29,597 nucleotides of DNA from Thermoproteaceae archaeon. Its GTDB lineage: Archaea; Thermoproteota; Thermoprotei; Thermoproteales; Thermoproteaceae. Below the pieces are notes generated by a model. That model worked only from the letters and a program-made list of their open reading frames with translations, ran no database searches and was not told the origin of the DNA. Numbering within the stretch: the first letter of the stretch is position 1; every line of letters begins with the position of its first letter. Made by a program: the position numbers and the translations under genes. This document shows, piece by piece, positions 25,446-29,597 of this stretch. The DNA is taken from positions 1-29,597 of the forward strand of contig JAJHRB010000013.1 of assembly GCA_020833025.1 (NCBI GenBank), written 5' to 3'.

Positions 25446-27335
25446 CTAAACCTGCTCCACCTCGGCAACCGGGGACTCCCTGCGGCGCAGGGCAAGGTAA
25501 AGGCCGAGTAGAGAGGCGCCGCCGGCCGCGGCCAGCGCGTCAAATGTTGTTATGGGCACGCCCCAGACGAATGCAAGCACTGGCGTCTTTACCACCTTCT
25601 CGAGATCTCCATTGACGTTTATCACCTCGCTCACCTTGACCCTATCGCCGACGCTCACGTGCATTCTGTAGGTGCCAGATAGCACGTCGGCAAACACTAC
25701 CGAGCCCGCGTCATCAGTCCTGCCGGCGGCAGGAAAGCCCGCGAGCGCAACCGCAGCACCCTTTATTGGATGGTTCAAGGCGCCGACCACAATAACACGC
25801 ACGGTGTACAGGTTCAGCGTTACCGGCGGCACTCTCTCAATCAGCGAGTTCACCTCCACCCTAGCAGCTGGCACGCCCCGGTAGTATATCTCCACGTCAA
25901 ACGGCTCGGGCTTGAATAATCTCACCTCCACGTACCCGGCAGAGGCCACGGCCTCAAACTTCGTGCAGTTCGCCGAGAGGCTGCCGACCGGCCTCCCCTT
26001 GTTGTCGAGGACTGGTATTCTCAGAGGCCTCCACTCAATAAGGAAGGTGTAAATTCCGGCCTCTCTGGCCTCTCCCATATGCGCCACGATGTACGCCTGC
26101 CTGCCGTCCGGCGATATTGAAGCCGCCCTGGAGCCGCCCTGCCACGCCAGTCTCATGTCTGTGGCGTTTGCTATGAGCGCATTTCCCGGAGTCCTAATTG
26201 CGACAATTCTGGCGAGCTCCGGTAGCTGCACAGTAATTGCCGTCCACGCTCCCTCTGCCACATCCTCGTTCGTGACGTTGACCAGAGCCCTGTCCGGCAG
26301 CCATCTCACTCTCGCGCCTCTATACACAATTGGTATGTAGATCACATTGATGGGGGATTGCATGCTTGACGCAACTTTAAACCACCCGCCATAAACTATC
26401 GCTATCTTATAGAACAGCGTGAACTGCCACACAGGCGGTATGAGGTAGGATGCGGTTCTTATGACTATATTCTCAGTGGCGCTCTTGGTTATGTCAACGA
26501 GATCTCCCTCGACGCGCACGTCGCCGCTGAGAGTCCGGCCGATGAGCGTTACGTCAGCCGCGTAGGCTATAACTACGTAGCCGAGGAGGTTCCAGCCGCT
26601 CGGCACCTCGACGTTCCCGCCGGTCACCTGGAGCTCCTCGCCGGCGCCTATGACTGCCGTCTGCTTGGAGAGACTCTTGACCAGCATGACTGCAGGTAGC
26701 TCAGGCCCCCGCGATATCTCAATTCTGTACGACCCCTGCTCGGTTATTTCGACTAGCTTCGGCTCTACTCTGTACGCGAGCTGAGACTCGCCGCTGAGGC
26801 TCTCCACGGACTTTATGACATAGGGGAGGTACGGCTCGATTGTAATTCTTACCATTTCTCTGAACTTTTGCGCGGCGGCCTTCGTAACGCTCACGGTAAT
26901 TGTGGTGCTTGCGTTGAGCGGCACATACTCGGCCTTCGCGTACATGTAGGTCACTCTCAGTCTGACGTCGACGGCGCTCTTGGCCGTGTTCACTAGCGTG
27001 ACTCTACTGACGTCAGGCCCGGCGTAAATTATAGAGGGGAGCCCGCTCTCGTCGAGCGTCATGCTTATTCGCCCGTCGGCGCCTGCCTTAATTGACGGAT
27101 ACGCACCTAGGAATTCTATTTTCATTCCGGTATATGCATACTCCTCTCCCGGCGTGAGGTACGGCTTCGTGAGCGATGCAAAATTCGCGCCCGACCCCAC
27201 GCCGGGTATTTTCACTGTCATCTCCTCCGTGCTGTACGCAATGTACTCTACCTTCGCCACGGGCGGGATCACTACTGTGTTCACTGCCAGTAACAGTGCA
27301 GCAAAGCACAGTACGAGCGCAACTGCCCTGACCAT
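25446..27335 (-). CDS. Secreted, C-terminally anchored surface protein with a carboxypeptidase-regulatory-like beta domain
   Basis: N-terminal signal peptide, beta-rich body, PIKGA.V...GRTDDAG.V.F motif, C-terminal TM helix followed by RRR. Confidence 0.75.
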   Translation of the reverse strand: MVRAVALVLCFAALLLAVNTVVIPPVAKVEYIAYSTEEMTVKIPGVGSGANFASLTKPYLTPGEEYAYTGMKIEFLGAYPSIKAGADGRISMTLDESGLPSIIYAGPDVSRVTLVNTAKSAVDVRLRVTYMYAKAEYVPLNASTTITVSVTKAAAQKFREMVRITIEPYLPYVIKSVESLSGESQLAYRVEPKLVEITEQGSYRIEISRGPELPAVMLVKSLSKQTAVIGAGEELQVTGGNVEVPSGWNLLGYVVIAYAADVTLIGRTLSGDVRVEGDLVDITKSATENIVIRTASYLIPPVWQFTLFYKIAIVYGGWFKVASSMQSPINVIYIPIVYRGARVRWLPDRALVNVTNEDVAEGAWTAITVQLPELARIVAIRTPGNALIANATDMRLAWQGGSRAASISPDGRQAYIVAHMGEAREAGIYTFLIEWRPLRIPVLDNKGRPVGSLSANCTKFEAVASAGYVEVRLFKPEPFDVEIYYRGVPAARVEVNSLIERVPPVTLNLYTVRVIVVGALNHPIKGAAVALAGFPAAGRTDDAGSVVFADVLSGTYRMHVSVGDRVKVSEVINVNGDLEKVVKTPVLAFVWGVPITTFDALAAAGGASLLGLYLALRRRESPVAEVEQV

Positions 27336-27529
27336 CGTTGCCGGGAGGCCCGGCGCATTTTACTCCATCGCTTAAGAGCGGCGCCGAGTTCCGGCTGCAG
27401 CGCGTAACACAGGCGACTGCAGGCGCCCGCCCGTGAGCCGCGCTGCGGCGAGACGGGCGCGGGCCCGTGCGGGCTCTGGCAGGGATTCCGTGGCGCTGGC
27501 CCCGCCGGCAGGGTGGGTCTGGAAAGACG

Positions 27530-28480
27530 CTACGAGAATGCCTTAACCAGCCTTGCCAAGTAATCCCAGTACTCGTCGAGCTCGCGCTCTAGCTCCTCCA
27601 GCTCCTTGCCTGTCAGATGGTCGAAGCGACCCTGCGCTTGGATGAAGTCCCTGAGCGGCCTCCTCTTGGACTTGTCTATGTGCGCGTTGCTGGGCGGGTT
27701 GAGCCTAAATCTGCCGCGCTCCCACTCGTACAGCGGAAAATATCCTGTCTCAACGGCGAGTCTCGCAATCTCCACAGTTCTATTCTCAGGGAAGCGCCAT
27801 CCGGCCGGGCACGGGGCGAGCACGTGGAGAAAGGCAGAGCCCTCTGCCGTATATTCAAGCGCCCTCTTGACTTTGTTCACCATGTCAAGCATGTAAGCCA
27901 CGCTGGCGGTTGCCGCGTACGGCACCCTGTGCGCTACGACTATGCCCATTATGTCCTTCTTCCGCTGGATCTTCCCCCGTATGGCCGCGCCGACTGGCGT
28001 CGTGGTGGTCCACGCGTACTTCGGCGTTGACCCGCTCCTCTGGATTCCAGTATTCATGTACGCCTCGTTGTCGTAGAGTATATAGAGAATTCCGTGCCCG
28101 CGCTCGAGCATCCCGCTCAGCGCCTGAAGGCCTATGTCGTAAGTGCCGCCGTCGCCTGCCACCACGATGATTTTAGTGTCGCCGGCATCCCACATGCCCT
28201 TCCTCTTTAGAACCTTTATCGCTGCCTCAATTCCCGAAGCCGCAGCAGCTGCGTTTTCAAATGCCACGTGAATGTACGGGTGGTGCCACGCAGTATCAGG
28301 GTAGGGAGTCGTAGTGACCTCGACACACCCTGTTGGGTTGACAATTATGGCGTTGGGGCCCACCGCCTTTGTTATCCAGCGCACGGCAAGCGCGGCCCCG
28401 CAGCCGGCGCACATTCTGTGCCCAGGCGCGAGCATCTCCTCGCGCGGGAGGTCCCTAATGCTTCTAAAATAGGCGGTCAT
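27530..28480 (-). CDS. porB: 2-oxoacid:ferredoxin oxidoreductase beta subunit (PorB-type)
   Basis: GH.MCAGCG, AGDGG, YDNEAYMNTG.Q, CPAGW. Start is ATG 28480, overlapping the alpha-subunit stop. Confidence 0.93.
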   Translation of the reverse strand: MTAYFRSIRDLPREEMLAPGHRMCAGCGAALAVRWITKAVGPNAIIVNPTGCVEVTTTPYPDTAWHHPYIHVAFENAAAAASGIEAAIKVLKRKGMWDAGDTKIIVVAGDGGTYDIGLQALSGMLERGHGILYILYDNEAYMNTGIQRSGSTPKYAWTTTTPVGAAIRGKIQRKKDIMGIVVAHRVPYAATASVAYMLDMVNKVKRALEYTAEGSAFLHVLAPCPAGWRFPENRTVEIARLAVETGYFPLYEWERGRFRLNPPSNAHIDKSKRRPLRDFIQAQGRFDHLTGKELEELERELDEYWDYLARLVKAFS

Positions 28481-29597
28481 GCCCTCACGCCCATCATCAC
28501 GACCCTGCTCTCCCGCGCGTCTCTCAGCATGTTGAAGACCTCGTACATGTCGCGGACGTAGATAGTGCGCTGGCCTATCCCGTGAATCACGCAGACGCAC
28601 GGCTTGGTCACCCCGCGCGCGTACATCGCCGCCATCATGTCAGCGCAGAGAGGCCCCTCGGCAGGGCTCCCGAAGAGCACAGCTCTGTCGACTACAGCAA
28701 ATGCCCTCACGCCCTCTAGTGCCTTGATTAAGTCATTGCCGGGAAACGGCCGGTACAGCCTTACCCTGACCACTCCAGCCGCCACCCCTCGCTCCCGCGC
28801 CATATCCGCGGCCAGCACGGCGTTACCGTAAGCCGCACCACCGTAAGTCACAATTGCATATTCTGCATCGCTCATCTTATAGGTCTCCACCACGCCGTAC
28901 GAGCGGCCGAACTTCTGCCCGAAGAGTAGATCCACGTCCTTCGCAGCGCTGTAGGCCTCTCTCATTGCGAGGACCTGCTGGTACTTGAACTCGTAGTACC
29001 AGTCCGGGGACGCGAGGGGGCCCATTGTCACAGGCCTTCTCGGGTCGAGAGTGTGGGGCCTCCTGATCCTGGGTACGAACTTCCTCACCTCAGCCTCGTC
29101 ATGTAGCTCTACGGGCTCCATTGTGTGGCTCATGAGGAAGCCGTCATACGCAACCATCACGGGCAGGTACACAGACTCTGCCAGCCTGTATGCCTGTATA
29201 ATCGTGTCATAGACCTCCTGAGCTGACGCGGCAATGTAGATCGCCCAGCCTGTGTCTCTGGCGTTCATCACGTCGCCGTAGTCGCAGTGTATGCTCAGAG
29301 GCGCCGAGAGCGCTCTCGCCGGAACCGCCATGACGATGGGGAGTCTCATTCCGCTGGCTATGTGAAGCGTCTCGTGGGCTAGCTCCAGCCCCTGGCTGCA
29401 CGTTGCGGTGAACACCCTGGCGCCAGCGGCCGACGCGCCTATAACCGCCGACAGCGCCGAGTGTTCGGACTCCACGTGTATTATCTCGGCGTCGAGCTCG
29501 CCTCGCGCCGCGAATTCTGCCAGCTTCTCGACCGTAGTCGTCTGTGGAGTGATGGGATATACCGCAATTACATCCACGTCTACTGCCTTCACGGCGT
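28477..29597 (-). CDS. porA: 2-oxoacid:ferredoxin oxidoreductase alpha subunit, 5' end outside the window
   Basis: YPITPQT, ESEHSA, FTAT.SQG, RLYRPFP. Confidence 0.92.
   Translation of the reverse strand, partial: AVKAVDVDVIAVYPITPQTTTVEKLAEFAARGELDAEIIHVESEHSALSAVIGASAAGARVFTATCSQGLELAHETLHIASGMRLPIVMAVPARALSAPLSIHCDYGDVMNARDTGWAIYIAASAQEVYDTIIQAYRLAESVYLPVMVAYDGFLMSHTMEPVELHDEAEVRKFVPRIRRPHTLDPRRPVTMGPLASPDWYYEFKYQQVLAMREAYSAAKDVDLLFGQKFGRSYGVVETYKMSDAEYAIVTYGGAAYGNAVLAADMARERGVAAGVVRVRLYRPFPGNDLIKALEGVRAFAVVDRAVLFGSPAEGPLCADMMAAMYARGVTKPCVCVIHGIGQRTIYVRDMYEVFNMLRDARESRVVMMGVRA

Noticed and set aside
27380-27530. Nested hairpin downstream of porB
   Set aside because: Stems of this size are expected at this GC content; no other support.
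1-29597. Many overlapping or antisense ORFs in the track (e.g. 8200..9021, 13773..14519, 17648..18406, 21130..21786); tRNA, rRNA, CRISPR
   Set aside because: These are shadow ORFs of well-supported genes in GC-rich DNA. No T-loop/anticodon pattern, rRNA signature or regularly spaced repeats were seen.

Overview
GC-rich archaeal chromosomal window, most consistent with Thermoproteaceae (Pyrobaculum/Thermoproteus-like). This is inferred from gene content, archaeal DnaG/MetAP2/POR, and TATA boxes about 20-30 nt upstream of start codons, implying leaderless transcripts. Most of it is housekeeping: nuoJ-K-M-L-N and nuoA, TauE/SafE, dnaG, map, translin-like, presenilin-like protease, NDP-sugar pyrophosphorylase, DUF1998 helicase, S9 peptidase, hisG, a surface protein and porB/porA. 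The first 5 kb is accessory. It holds a partial retropepsin-like gene, a doubly frameshifted antitoxin/PIN pair and, most notably, an archaemetzincin gene split inside its HExxHxxGxxH zinc motif by a ~1.9 kb insert. That insert carries a large ORF with two degenerate LAGLIDADG-like motifs and, divergent from it, a TnpB-like N-terminal fragment fused in frame to the peptidase C-terminal half. Also notable are a coupled Roadblock/LC7 + V4R-like gene pair next to an ankyrin gene, and a candidate small RNA. No tRNA, rRNA or CRISPR array was seen. All family calls come from motif recognition by eye; no database search was run.
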